From: Gammaproteobacteria bacterium
GTDB lineage: Bacteria > Pseudomonadota > Gammaproteobacteria > Eutrophobiales > Eutrophobiaceae
Reading direction: 5' to 3'
Length of the DNA stretch: 64,000 bases
NCBI GenBank assembly: GCA_963422205.2
Contig: CAXMWX010000012.1
Location: 64,001 to 128,000 of the forward strand
The translations under genes and the position numbers were made by a program. Shown here piece by piece: positions 41,005 to 50,402 of the stretch; position 1 is the first letter of the stretch, and the number at the start of each line of letters is the position of its first letter. The notes beneath the pieces were generated by a model. It searched no databases. It saw only the letters and a program-made list of their open reading frames with translations, and was not told where the DNA came from.

Positions 41005-43466
41005 ATACCCACCTCTACCACCTTCATCGTATCGTTGCCGAAAATATCCACCACCTTGACGGCGACCTTGCGACGTCCGGGCGCACACTCCCTGGCAGTG
41101 CTTTGCAGTTCCAGTGAACGGTCTTTGCGAGTACGGAAAGATTGCCATTCGTTCTCGAACACATAATCCCCCGTCCAGACTGTTGACCAATCCCCCGTTT
41201 CCTCATTGTGCACAGGGATCATCTCCCGTTTGCTCTCGTAATCAAAATCCACCGACCAGTAATCCACCCAGTCCGTCCAGTGCCCGGTCAGGGCTTCCCG
41301 GCTCACCATCCCGCCCTTATCCTTGCTGACTTTAATGATCTGCCCCTGCTCCACCACGATCTTGCTGCCCTTGTTTTTCAGCGATGCCTCCACATTGGCG
41401 ATGGAGTCCTGGGAATAAAAAACCGAAAAATCCGTCAACTCCACCGCAACGGTATGACCTTTAATATGCGGTTTCACCTCGATATAGGACACATCATGGA
41501 ACACCACCTGGTTCTTCTCCACCGCCCGCTTGTCAAACACATCACGCGGTATGTACTTCAAGGCCAGATCAATGCCCTTGTCCGAGGCTTCATCCAGGAT
41601 ATTCGGAAACAGCCCCATCTCGAACTCAAAAGCAAGCACATCGACCCGGGTGATATGATTTTTGCGGCATTCCAGGATAATCTCCTCAACAAACAGGCGC
41701 GTCACCGGCAGGTTCACCGGGCCGACAGCCACCAGCCGCCCGGCCTTTTTGCCGTGAAAGGTCTTAAAGCCGGTCACCGGTTCGGCGCGATAAGCACGCA
41801 GGATGAGATCCAGAAAAGCCGCTTCCTTCTCTTGCAGTTGTTTTTGTTTTTCCGCCGCACGCAGGTTCGGATTCACACCTGCCTGCCGCGCAGCGGCCTC
41901 GTCCCATTTTCGCAATCCGTCCTTTGCAGATTCACGTTTTAGCCACTCTCTGCCAAAGCCGGTTTTTAAATGCTTTTCCCTTGCCACGGCTTCCTGGCGA
42001 CTGTTGAAATACTCATAATGAATGACCGCCACCGGCTTATGTCTTTTTGTCCAGTCCACGCGACCCTGCTTGTGCTCTTCCCAACGCCTTGACAAATCAT
42101 TCGTTTGGCCGACATAAAAACCATCGTTTTCACATGCGATCACATACACGTAAAAAAGCGGATGCGGTGCCTGCCCCTGCGCTGCAAGCAGGCGGGCAGG
42201 CAGGCCGATATAATGTTGCCGTTCATATTTGCCGAGATTCAGGATTTCAAAAGCACGCCAGGGTCTGCGCTCTGCCTTTAGCTGCCGTTGCACGCCGATC
42301 AACCGCTTGCGCGTGGTGTGGATGGCGAATTTGCCCAGGTCTGAGCCAATCCACTTGCGCCCCAGCTTCTCGGCCACGGCACAGGTGGTGCCGGAACCAC
42401 AGAAAAAATCCGCGACCAGATCGCCCTCGTTGGAGGAGGCTTTGATAATGCGCTCGAGTAATTTTTCCGGCTTTTGGGTGGGGTAGTTGACTCTTTCCTT
42501 AGCCACCGGATTTATAAATGGAACTAGCCAAACATCACTTAATGGTTTGCCTTTCGTTGCTACGTAGTGAACTTGATATTTGCCAGAGGCAATCATCTTT
42601 TTCACTTTTGGATTTTCTTTATCATAAACTACCAATCCGTTGCTTCCATAGCCGCCGCCAATCAAGTATCCCTTTTCATATTTTTCTTTTAAATTATCAG
42701 TAATGAATCTTTGTTGATTGAAACTATGATTTTGGCTTTTAGCATAAAAATATATAACATCATGATTTTTTTGATACGCTTTACTCGGAGATGTCCATTT
42801 TTCGTAGTGCCATATGATTTCATTCTTGAGAGCATGTTTCCCAAACACCTCATCCATCACCAGCCGCAGCAAACCATTCACCCGCCAGTTGCAATGCACA
42901 TAGATGCTGCCATCCTCGGCCAGCAGGTCGCGCATCAGGATCAGCCGCTCGTAGATCATGGCGATAAAGCTGTCCTGCCCATGCCCCCAGGTGTCGCGGT
43001 AGGCGATTTCTTCCAGGATATTAGGTTGCTTGGTAAAGGTGTCCTCGCCGATGGCGATGTCCATAGAAAAATCCGCGCCCACATCAAAGGGCGGGTCAAT
43101 ATAAATCAGCTTGACGCCGCCCTGCTTCTCAATCGCTTCGCGCATCGGGCCGTTTTTAAGCGACGACAGGATCAACTTGTTATCGCCCCAGATGAGCTTG
43201 TTCGTCCAGCCTAATCGCTGCCGGCCCGTCGCCGGATCTAACCAGTCACTTTGCATTGTTACATCCTTTTCCGCCCGCGGCTCATCCACATGCTCAATGG
43301 TCTGAAACGGCAGCACCACATGACACACCTCATTGCTCTTGCCATTCCAGAGAAGCTCCACCTCCCGCTTGTCCTCAAACAACACAAAGCGGTAGTGCTC
43401 CGGCAGCGGCCTGCCCGCATCCAGACAGCGAATAATGTCTTGCTTTTCATTGTCGGTGAGTTTCAT
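41001..43466 (-). CDS. mod: Type III R-M Mod subunit (amino-methyltransferase, probably N6-adenine) with inserted GIY-YIG domain
   Basis: IYIDPPF, YPTQKP, DFFCGSGT; AVKVVDIFGN C-terminus; upstream of res. Confidence 0.92.
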   Translation of the reverse strand: MKLTDNEKQDIIRCLDAGRPLPEHYRFVLFEDKREVELLWNGKSNEVCHVVLPFQTIEHVDEPRAEKDVTMQSDWLDPATGRQRLGWTNKLIWGDNKLILSSLKNGPMREAIEKQGGVKLIYIDPPFDVGADFSMDIAIGEDTFTKQPNILEEIAYRDTWGHGQDSFIAMIYERLILMRDLLAEDGSIYVHCNWRVNGLLRLVMDEVFGKHALKNEIIWHYEKWTSPSKAYQKNHDVIYFYAKSQNHSFNQQRFITDNLKEKYEKGYLIGGGYGSNGLVVYDKENPKVKKMIASGKYQVHYVATKGKPLSDVWLVPFINPVAKERVNYPTQKPEKLLERIIKASSNEGDLVADFFCGSGTTCAVAEKLGRKWIGSDLGKFAIHTTRKRLIGVQRQLKAERRPWRAFEILNLGKYERQHYIGLPARLLAAQGQAPHPLFYVYVIACENDGFYVGQTNDLSRRWEEHKQGRVDWTKRHKPVAVIHYEYFNSRQEAVAREKHLKTGFGREWLKRESAKDGLRKWDEAAARQAGVNPNLRAAEKQKQLQEKEAAFLDLILRAYRAEPVTGFKTFHGKKAGRLVAVGPVNLPVTRLFVEEIILECRKNHITRVDVLAFEFEMGLFPNILDEASDKGIDLALKYIPRDVFDKRAVEKNQVVFHDVSYIEVKPHIKGHTVAVELTDFSVFYSQDSIANVEASLKNKGSKIVVEQGQIIKVSKDKGGMVSREALTGHWTDWVDYWSVDFDYESKREMIPVHNEETGDWSTVWTGDYVFENEWQSFRTRKDRSLELQSTARECAPGRRKVAVKVVDIFGNDTMKVVEVGI
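41878..42204 (-). mobile_element. 327-bp in-frame insertion encoding a GIY-YIG nuclease domain, bounded by 10-bp inverted repeats
   Basis: CCTGCCTGCC (41878-41887) / GGCAGGCAGG (42195-42204); FYVY...YVGQT..L.RR..EH...ARE..LK; deletion leaves an in-frame HYIGVNPNLR junction. Confidence 0.8.
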
Positions 43467-43556
43467 CTTCTTTTATTTACTGCCGAGGGTTGGCGCACTG
43501 GTAGGCCGCGCATCGCCTGTGACCGGCTTGGCTTTTGCAAGGTTCAAGCGTAAAAA

Positions 43557-43880
43557 TTACTCGCCATCCGCGCCTTTGTCAGCTATCCGATCAAACACGC
43601 GGTTGAGGATACGCGCCATCTCCTGCATACCCATGCGCCTTGCCAGTGGTATCAGGATCAGCAATTCAAGCACCAGGAGCGCAAGGGGGCCGCCGGATGA
43701 GGGCATCACTGTGAAAAAAACAATATTGAACAAAAGCAGCACGATAACGATAAAAAAGAATCGCTCTTCCCGGCGCACATCCTTCTCATGCGCCAACTGC
43801 TCTTCCAGTTCAGAAATCTGCTGCTCTTGCGTGGATGCCTTCCCCTGCGCGGACGCGGTAATCGGCTTGTTATCACCCAT
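43557..43880 (-). CDS. Small coiled-coil + 2-TM membrane protein, putative toxin
   Basis: Two hydrophobic stretches; 18 bp downstream of the Panacea gene. Confidence 0.65.
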   Translation of the reverse strand: MGDNKPITASAQGKASTQEQQISELEEQLAHEKDVRREERFFFIVIVLLLFNIVFFTVMPSSGGPLALLVLELLILIPLARRMGMQEMARILNRVFDRIADKGADGE

Positions 43881-43898
43881 GTGTTTGCAGCGCGTATT

Positions 43899-44333
43899 CT
43901 ATATCTGCTGATACTCAGCAAGGATGTCTTGATCGGGAATAATTACGCCCCGACTGCGGGGCCTGTAATGACGAGACCAGGCGCCCCCTTCACGATGGGT
44001 TGCCGCGACCAGACCAGCCGCAGTAACACCCTTTAAACTGTCCCAGGCTTCATCAAGAATATCTCGCACTGCGCCCGCCGGCAGGCTGGCTTGATCGTGA
44101 AAAATATTCTCCACGGGATCAGCACCAAACACCTTCGCCCGATGATAAAGCACAGGATGCACCGGCCCGTAATCCCAGGCTTGAAAACAACCCGTCACCA
44201 ACGGCTCGCCACCCGTTCTACCAAGATGAAACATGTGCGCCAGATACAGGATTTTTTGCAACTGCAAATTGGACAAAGACCAGCCAGAGCGTTTGGCAAG
44301 GTGTTTCGCCGCTTGCAGAACAGGTGCCGTCAT
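43899..44333 (-). CDS. Panacea domain (DUF4065/GepA/SocA-like) antitoxin
   Basis: SNLQLQKILYLAH, FQAWDYGPV...LY, L.AATH...AW. Confidence 0.88.
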   Translation of the reverse strand: MTAPVLQAAKHLAKRSGWSLSNLQLQKILYLAHMFHLGRTGGEPLVTGCFQAWDYGPVHPVLYHRAKVFGADPVENIFHDQASLPAGAVRDILDEAWDSLKGVTAAGLVAATHREGGAWSRHYRPRSRGVIIPDQDILAEYQQI

Positions 44334-44610
44334 CGCAATTTTCCCGAGTTAGAATTTCATGTCAAGAATAGCAGACGGGGCCTGCCCGACAAAGCCGATC
44401 TTCGCATAAATGGTTGCAGGTGTATGAAACCGGCCTGCCGATGCAGGTTTCCATTTCGGTTCTATGTGCCTGATTTTAGATGAATTGATCCTCAATTAAT
44501 CAGCAGCATGTCTGCGGTGGGACAACCCGCCGTTGATGCGACCGATTTTCAGCGCAGCATCGATCCATGCACTATACTTTGATCAGAGTTGCTTTTACAT
44601 GGGAGGGATT

Positions 44611-45000
44611 ATGACCCGACTTCGAATGACCAGAGCAGGTGTGCCGCTTGTGCTTACCGCCTGTATCAGCAACATGGCCGGATGCGCCGGTATCCAGCTT
44701 GAGGATGAGTACGCCACGCATTATCTCATCTTAGGGTTAGGCATGGTATCGGTGCCGGATGGCAATCCTACCGGTACCCGGGCGGTGCGTACACACACGC
44801 TCGGAGCCAGTGTTTCTGCCGGTGTGGACAAGGCGCTCACGTTGGGCTACGCCCACAAGACCCGGCTGGTCATACCCGCTGATGCAGAGAATACCTGTAT
44901 GGAGATTGCAGACACGGCTGGTGGCATCATGCGGGTGCAGACCTGTGATGCTTTTCTCAAAGAAACAGCTACCACTATCTCCAACATCCACTGCCCATGA
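44611..45000 (+). CDS. Hypothetical putative lipoprotein
   Basis: GGGAGG RBS; MAGC lipobox-like; no family recognised. Confidence 0.6.
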   Translation: MTRLRMTRAGVPLVLTACISNMAGCAGIQLEDEYATHYLILGLGMVSVPDGNPTGTRAVRTHTLGASVSAGVDKALTLGYAHKTRLVIPADAENTCMEIADTAGGIMRVQTCDAFLKETATTISNIHCP

Positions 45001-45013
45001 GGAGGAAAAACCA

Positions 45014-45754
45014 ATGAAAAATCGTTATGTCATGTTATTTATCGTATTGATAGCATTAGCAGGGTGTGGCGGCGCAAATAAACTCAAAGAACATCACGTT
45101 CTGGCCACGACTACCACGGTGATTGGAGTGGATGTATCACAAGATCCGGCCAGCAACCAACCACATGGAAAGCTGGGCTATTACAGGAGCGAATTGGCCC
45201 TTGTGCCGACCAACAGGACGTATTTGTATTGTAAAGACAAGGCGCAAAAAAACTGTATTCAAATTCCCGGTGATTCCGAAGGTGCCGCCAAGTCAGCGGA
45301 GGTGCTAATGGAGCTTAAATATGACAGTGGCGTACTTAACCCTATTAAAGGCGGTATTTACCAACGCCTGGCGGTAGGGGAGAAGGCTGTGGGAGAACCC
45401 GGCGCAGCACTGATGTTTGCCAAGAACCCGGAAGGAGAGATAGATAAAAATTCTACTGATGCTATTGATAATCTTGCCATGCTTGAGAGAGCAGAAAAAG
45501 CTGGTTATGTAGAGAGTCTTATGAACCACAAGCGAATTGACGATATTATGCTGCACGTTGCGCCAGAAGACATGATGGATAATTCAAAACTTGACACATT
45601 GCTGAATAAAGCGGAAATAAAAACGAAGGATAGAGAGCATATTGCACAAGCAACAAGTACAAATGATTTAAGAGGTCGGCTTGATGTTATGACCACGGAT
45701 TCTCTGGAATCATTACACCGGGCATTATTATCAATTAAGAGTAAAGCAAAGTAG
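45014..45754 (+). CDS. Hypothetical lipoprotein
   Basis: GGAGG RBS; MKNRYVMLFIVLIALAGC lipobox. Confidence 0.75.
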   Translation: MKNRYVMLFIVLIALAGCGGANKLKEHHVLATTTTVIGVDVSQDPASNQPHGKLGYYRSELALVPTNRTYLYCKDKAQKNCIQIPGDSEGAAKSAEVLMELKYDSGVLNPIKGGIYQRLAVGEKAVGEPGAALMFAKNPEGEIDKNSTDAIDNLAMLERAEKAGYVESLMNHKRIDDIMLHVAPEDMMDNSKLDTLLNKAEIKTKDREHIAQATSTNDLRGRLDVMTTDSLESLHRALLSIKSKAK

Positions 45755-45761
45755 GAAATGA

Positions 45762-45962
45762 ATGATGGCTAGCATAAAGAAATTTGTTTGTGATGATGAA
45801 GAAACATGCCATAACAAAAAAGGCGTACTGGAAGGACAGGGCTATGAGGTTATTTTTGAGCCGCAACATATTAAACATGGCACAACCGACATGACAGCCC
45901 ATAATGGTGGCAATAACCATTATTATGATGATGCCTGGGTTGTCATTGGTATAAAGCGATGA
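45762..45962 (+). CDS. Small hypothetical protein
   Basis: AGGA RBS, 7 bp after previous stop. Confidence 0.55.
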   Translation: MMASIKKFVCDDEETCHNKKGVLEGQGYEVIFEPQHIKHGTTDMTAHNGGNNHYYDDAWVVIGIKR

Positions 45963-46019
45963 CGGTACGCTCTATATGCCCGGGCCAAGCTGTGGCAGTC
46001 TTGATTTTCCTCACCCACT

Positions 46020-46830
46020 TCACCTTTGTCTGAAAATATAAATCCCCGTAGCGCCGCTGAATCGGCTACGGTGATTGAACGGGCGTACATGTGTATCCAA
46101 CCAGTCAATGAGATCGGCCACGTTGCGTTTTTTATTCGGCAGGCCCGCATCACGCAACACATTCGGCAGGCGTCTTTTGAAATCGGTAATCAGCCGCTCG
46201 CCATGCGCCCAGTCATGATCAAAGGTGTGCCAGGTAAGCACCATGCCCAGCCGCTTCGCCCAGGTCTCAAACTCAATCGGCGTAAGATAATGCAGATCAG
46301 CCAGCGTGATGGGCGCATCAAACAAACGCAGCAGAGTCTGCAACACATAACCCCGAGGGTTCGTCCAGTTCGGGCAGGTCAATACGATCTTCCCCCCCCC
46401 CCCCCCCCCTCATATTTTTATTCAGCCGCCGCTTGAGGCTTTTTAATGTGGCATAAGGATCATCGGTATGTTCCAGCGTGCCGATGGCGATGACGACATC
46501 ATACCGCCCCCGGTGTGCGGCCAGGTCCTGCACATGATATTCCAGATTATCGCGCATCGGCCTTGCCCTCGCCCGGGCAATCGCCGCCTCGCTGAAGTCA
46601 ATGCCCACCACTCGCTGCGCGCCCCGCTGGGCGATTTCATAACAGGCACGCCCCGTACCGCAGCCCACATCCAGCACGGTCTTGCCTCGCCATGACATGG
46701 TATTGATCACTTCACGATCCTCAACGGGCAGTTCGGTGGCTGACAAGGCCAGCTTGGGCGTGTAGTGTTTGCGCTCGCCCTTCTCATAAATGCGATCGTA
46801 GAACGATTTTAGTTCTTTATTTTTCTTCAT
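46020..46830 (-). CDS. Class I SAM-dependent methyltransferase, out of frame at a G18 tract
   Basis: VLDVGCGTG, GIDFS, YDVV...GTLEH; continuation KIVLTCPNW in shifted frame after tract. Confidence 0.85.
46392..46409 (-). repeat. G18 homopolymer (C18 on + strand), candidate phase-variation tract
   Basis: Read directly. Confidence 0.9.
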
Positions 46831-46997
46831 GATGATATACCTTGATCACTGCAACATAAGATGCCAACCCCAAATTGTAAACTTCCCGGCAATGAAGCCA
46901 AATACCATAACATAAAAAACCCATAGCAGCCCCGCACGGCATCTCACCCTAACCCCTGATCACACACAACATCGCATACAGCAAATCAATCAGTATC

Positions 46998-48047
46998 ATG
47001 ACATCCTCCTGTGCCGTCTATTTTGCCGGGCCGGAACAACCCGGACGGCTACGCCACCTGCTGGCAGAGCGCATCGCCGCCACCCCGGCCGGGGGATACA
47101 TTCACTGGGTAACGTATTACTTTCGCGACCGGCAGCTGGCACAGGCACTGATTGATGCCCACCAGCGCGGCGTGACGGTGACCATCTGCCTGGCCGCCCG
47201 GCCACGCACAGCCGATGCCAACGATGCCGTGATCAATATGCTGACAGCCGCGCCCGGCGATGGTTTGCGGCGCATCTCCCTGCCCGGCCTGCCCGCTCCC
47301 GCCGGCCGCAGCTTAGGTATGCAGCTGCATGAGAAAATCTATTGTTTTTCTCACCCGATGCCGTGCGCCTTCATCGGCTCTTTCAATCCCTCTGGCGATG
47401 TGCCGGAGGAGCGGCCGGACATCATCACCGAGATCGGCGATCAGGATCGTGGTTATAATTACCTGGTCGCCCTCACCGAGCCACGGCTGGTGGCCGTACT
47501 GACCGAACATGCACAGCGAATGTATCAACATCCGCCCACCTTAACCGGCGCCCTGCTGCATCGCCTCTCCCACAGGGCCAACCTGTGTGTCAAGGCCGAT
47601 CATACCCATCTCTACTTCTGGCCGCGCCAGAGAGGGCAGCCGCTGATCGATCTCCTCGGCCAGTTCGGCCGGGGCGCTGTGGTACGCATCGCCGCCTCAC
47701 ACATCAGCGCCGGGCCAGCCATCCATGCCATGATTGCGCTGGCCCGGCGGGGGGCACGGCTGGACATCCTGGCCTCAGCCTCGCTACGGCGCATCAGCCA
47801 CAAAACAGAGCAGCAACTGCGCGGGGCCGGCATTGGCATCCGGCGCATCGGCAATAAGAGCACGATGCCCATGCACTTGAAATTCATGCTGGTAGCATAC
47901 CGGCAGCAGCGCTGGTCGGTGTTCGGCAGCGTGAACTGGACCTGGCCATCGCTTTGGCTGAATTATGAAGTCGCCGCCATTTCCCGTGACCCGGAGCTGT
48001 ATGCCGCCTTTGCCCATATATGGGCGGTGCTGCAAGATAAGGAATAA
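46998..48047 (+). CDS. Phospholipase D superfamily protein (two HxK motifs)
   Basis: LHEKIY...GSFN and MHLKFM...GSVN. Confidence 0.82.
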   Translation: MTSSCAVYFAGPEQPGRLRHLLAERIAATPAGGYIHWVTYYFRDRQLAQALIDAHQRGVTVTICLAARPRTADANDAVINMLTAAPGDGLRRISLPGLPAPAGRSLGMQLHEKIYCFSHPMPCAFIGSFNPSGDVPEERPDIITEIGDQDRGYNYLVALTEPRLVAVLTEHAQRMYQHPPTLTGALLHRLSHRANLCVKADHTHLYFWPRQRGQPLIDLLGQFGRGAVVRIAASHISAGPAIHAMIALARRGARLDILASASLRRISHKTEQQLRGAGIGIRRIGNKSTMPMHLKFMLVAYRQQRWSVFGSVNWTWPSLWLNYEVAAISRDPELYAAFAHIWAVLQDKE

Positions 48048-48051
48048 TGTT

Positions 48052-49452
48052 ATGACACCCTCAACACTCATCATCCCGGTAGAGAACCAGGTGCGGGAGC
48101 TGGATGCCAAGCTGCTGCTGGCCTGTGTGGCAGCCGAGCGCGGCTTTCCGGTGATCCTCGGCTCGCGCGCCTATACCCACTTTGCGGTCGCCTCGCTCCC
48201 GCGCGGGGTGTATCTGGCCAAGAGTATGCGCGGCTTGAGTCGCTTTATGTTCACGCTGCTCTGCGGGCTGGGGCATGCGATCGTTGCCTGGGAAGAAGAA
48301 GCACTGGTGCATCCGCCAGCGGATGATTATTTCTCCCTGAGGCTATCGCCAGCGACGATAAAGCAGGTGTCGCATATCTTCGCCTGGGGCCAGGAGAACG
48401 CCGACCTGCTCAAGGGCTACCCACACCTGCCGCAACACCTGCCCATCCACGTCAGCGGCAATCCCCGCGGCGATATGCTCAGGGCTGAGTTGCGTCCCTA
48501 TTTCGATTCGACAGTGGCCGAATTACGCCGTACATACGGGCAGTTCATCCTCATCAATACCAACTTCACCGATGTCAACCCCTTCATCCCCGCTGTTGGC
48601 CTGTTTCTGCCATCGGACAAGCCGCTGGCACAACGCCGCTTTGGTCAACTGGGCAAGGGCTTAAGCCGGCCCTTTGCTGAAGGGTTGTATCATCACAAAC
48701 AGGCCACGCTGGCGCGCTTCATGCAGCTCATCCCGCAACTGTACGCCGCCTTCCCGCACCTTGACATCGTCATCCGCCCCCACCCCAGCGAGAACTTTGC
48801 CATCTACAATGCGCTCGCTGACCAGCACCGGCGCATCAGCGTCACCAACAAGGGCAATGTGCTGCCCTGGCTGCTGGCGATGCAGGCCATGGTACATAAC
48901 GGCTGCACCACAGGCCTCGAGGCCTACGCCCTCAAAGTGCCGGCCATCTCCTACCTGCCCACCTTCGATGCGCTCTATGATTACGACTACCAGGGCCTGC
49001 CGACCAGGCTCAGCCATGAATGCCGTGATGTTGATGAATTACAGCAGACCATCGGCGATATTCTTGCTGGCCGGCTTGGTGCTGCCGAGGGGGATGAGCG
49101 TGAGCAGCTGATGAGTTACCACATCGCAGCACGGCACGGCCCGCTGGCCTGTGAGCGCATCGTTGATACGCTGGTTGATGCCGGCTACCTGAACAGCCAG
49201 CCGCCCGCCTCATCCGCCCTGCGCTTCGTGCAGGCATGGCTGTATACGCATGTTAAGGCCGCCCTGACCCAACTATACATGCACCGCCCCGGCCCGAACC
49301 GAAAAGCCTATCACGATCATCGTTTCCCGGCCCTGACGCCCGGCGATCTTGAGCAACGGATCGAACGCTTCAGAGACCTGCTGCAACGCTTTGAGCATAT
49401 CCGAGTAACAGCACATTCAAAACACCTGTTTAGCATCGTCAATACAGCGTAA
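48052..49452 (+). CDS. Surface carbohydrate biosynthesis protein (GT-B-like)
   Basis: IPVE.QVRELDAKLLLA, EEE.L, SGNPR.D.L, IRPHPSE, HNGCTTGLEA. Confidence 0.8.
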   Translation: MTPSTLIIPVENQVRELDAKLLLACVAAERGFPVILGSRAYTHFAVASLPRGVYLAKSMRGLSRFMFTLLCGLGHAIVAWEEEALVHPPADDYFSLRLSPATIKQVSHIFAWGQENADLLKGYPHLPQHLPIHVSGNPRGDMLRAELRPYFDSTVAELRRTYGQFILINTNFTDVNPFIPAVGLFLPSDKPLAQRRFGQLGKGLSRPFAEGLYHHKQATLARFMQLIPQLYAAFPHLDIVIRPHPSENFAIYNALADQHRRISVTNKGNVLPWLLAMQAMVHNGCTTGLEAYALKVPAISYLPTFDALYDYDYQGLPTRLSHECRDVDELQQTIGDILAGRLGAAEGDEREQLMSYHIAARHGPLACERIVDTLVDAGYLNSQPPASSALRFVQAWLYTHVKAALTQLYMHRPGPNRKAYHDHRFPALTPGDLEQRIERFRDLLQRFEHIRVTAHSKHLFSIVNTA

Positions 49453-49523
49453 AGCCAGCGCCTTCGCAAAAACCCGCTTTTTCCTGCTACACTGCCCCTT
49501 TTGTTTAACCGACTTAATTCGCC

Positions 49524-50402
49524 ATGAATAACCCCAAAATCATTGCCGAAATCGGCTGTAATCACAAAGGCGAGATGGCCATCGCCCGCGATATGATCGG
49601 CATCGCCGCCAGCTTCGCCAGGTGCGATTATGTCAAGTTCCAGAAGCGGCATAACCGCGAATTGCTCAGCCCGGCCGAGTACAACGCACCGCACCCCAAC
49701 CCGCAAAACAGCTACGGCGACAGCTACGGCGCACACCGCGAATTTCTGGAATTTGATCTTGAACAACACCGGCAGCTACAGCAATGGTGTCGGGAGTTCA
49801 ACATCGGCTATGCCAGCTCGGTGTGGGATCTGACCTCGGCCAGGGAAATCGCCAGCCTGACGCCGGACTTCATCAAGATCCCCTCGGCCTGCAACCTGAA
49901 CTTCCCCATGCTGGAATTCCTCGCCGAGGAGTATGCTGGCGATGTGCATATCTCCCTCGGCATGACCACGCCCGCCGAGCAAGCAGAGATCGTCGACCTC
50001 ATGGAGCAGCATCAGGCCGCCGGCCGGGTCGTCCTCTATGCCTGCACCTCCGGCTATCCGGTGCCGTTTGACCAGGTCTGCCTGCTGGAATTGCGAGACT
50101 TGGCGAAGAAATTCGCCGGACGGGTGAAGACCATCGGCTTCTCCGGCCACCACCTCGGCATCGCCGTGGACATGGCCGCCATGACCCTGGGCGCCGCCTG
50201 GCTGGAGCGGCACTTCACGCTGGATCGCACCTGGAAAGGCACCGACCATGCCGCCTCACTGGAGCCGGACGGCCTGCGGCGGCTGGTCAGGGATGCACAT
50301 GCCGTCGGCAGGGCGCTGACCTGTCGGCAAGCGCCCATCCTTGAAGTCGAAATACCGCAGCGCGAGAAGCTGAAACGCCTGCCAGGAAAGCATTTTCGCT
50401 GA
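49524..50402 (+). CDS. neuB: N-acetylneuraminate/KDN-9-phosphate synthase family (no C-terminal SAF domain)
   Basis: IAEIGCNHKG, VKFQKR, CTSGYP, GFSGH, ERHFTLDRTWKGTDHAASLEP. Confidence 0.88.
   Translation: MNNPKIIAEIGCNHKGEMAIARDMIGIAASFARCDYVKFQKRHNRELLSPAEYNAPHPNPQNSYGDSYGAHREFLEFDLEQHRQLQQWCREFNIGYASSVWDLTSAREIASLTPDFIKIPSACNLNFPMLEFLAEEYAGDVHISLGMTTPAEQAEIVDLMEQHQAAGRVVLYACTSGYPVPFDQVCLLELRDLAKKFAGRVKTIGFSGHHLGIAVDMAAMTLGAAWLERHFTLDRTWKGTDHAASLEPDGLRRLVRDAHAVGRALTCRQAPILEVEIPQREKLKRLPGKHFR

Noticed and set aside
41878-42204. Intein or group I intron as explanation of the Mod insert
   Set aside because: No N-terminal Cys/Ser, no C-terminal His-Asn or downstream nucleophile; the insert is nearly all nuclease ORF with no room for a ribozyme core.
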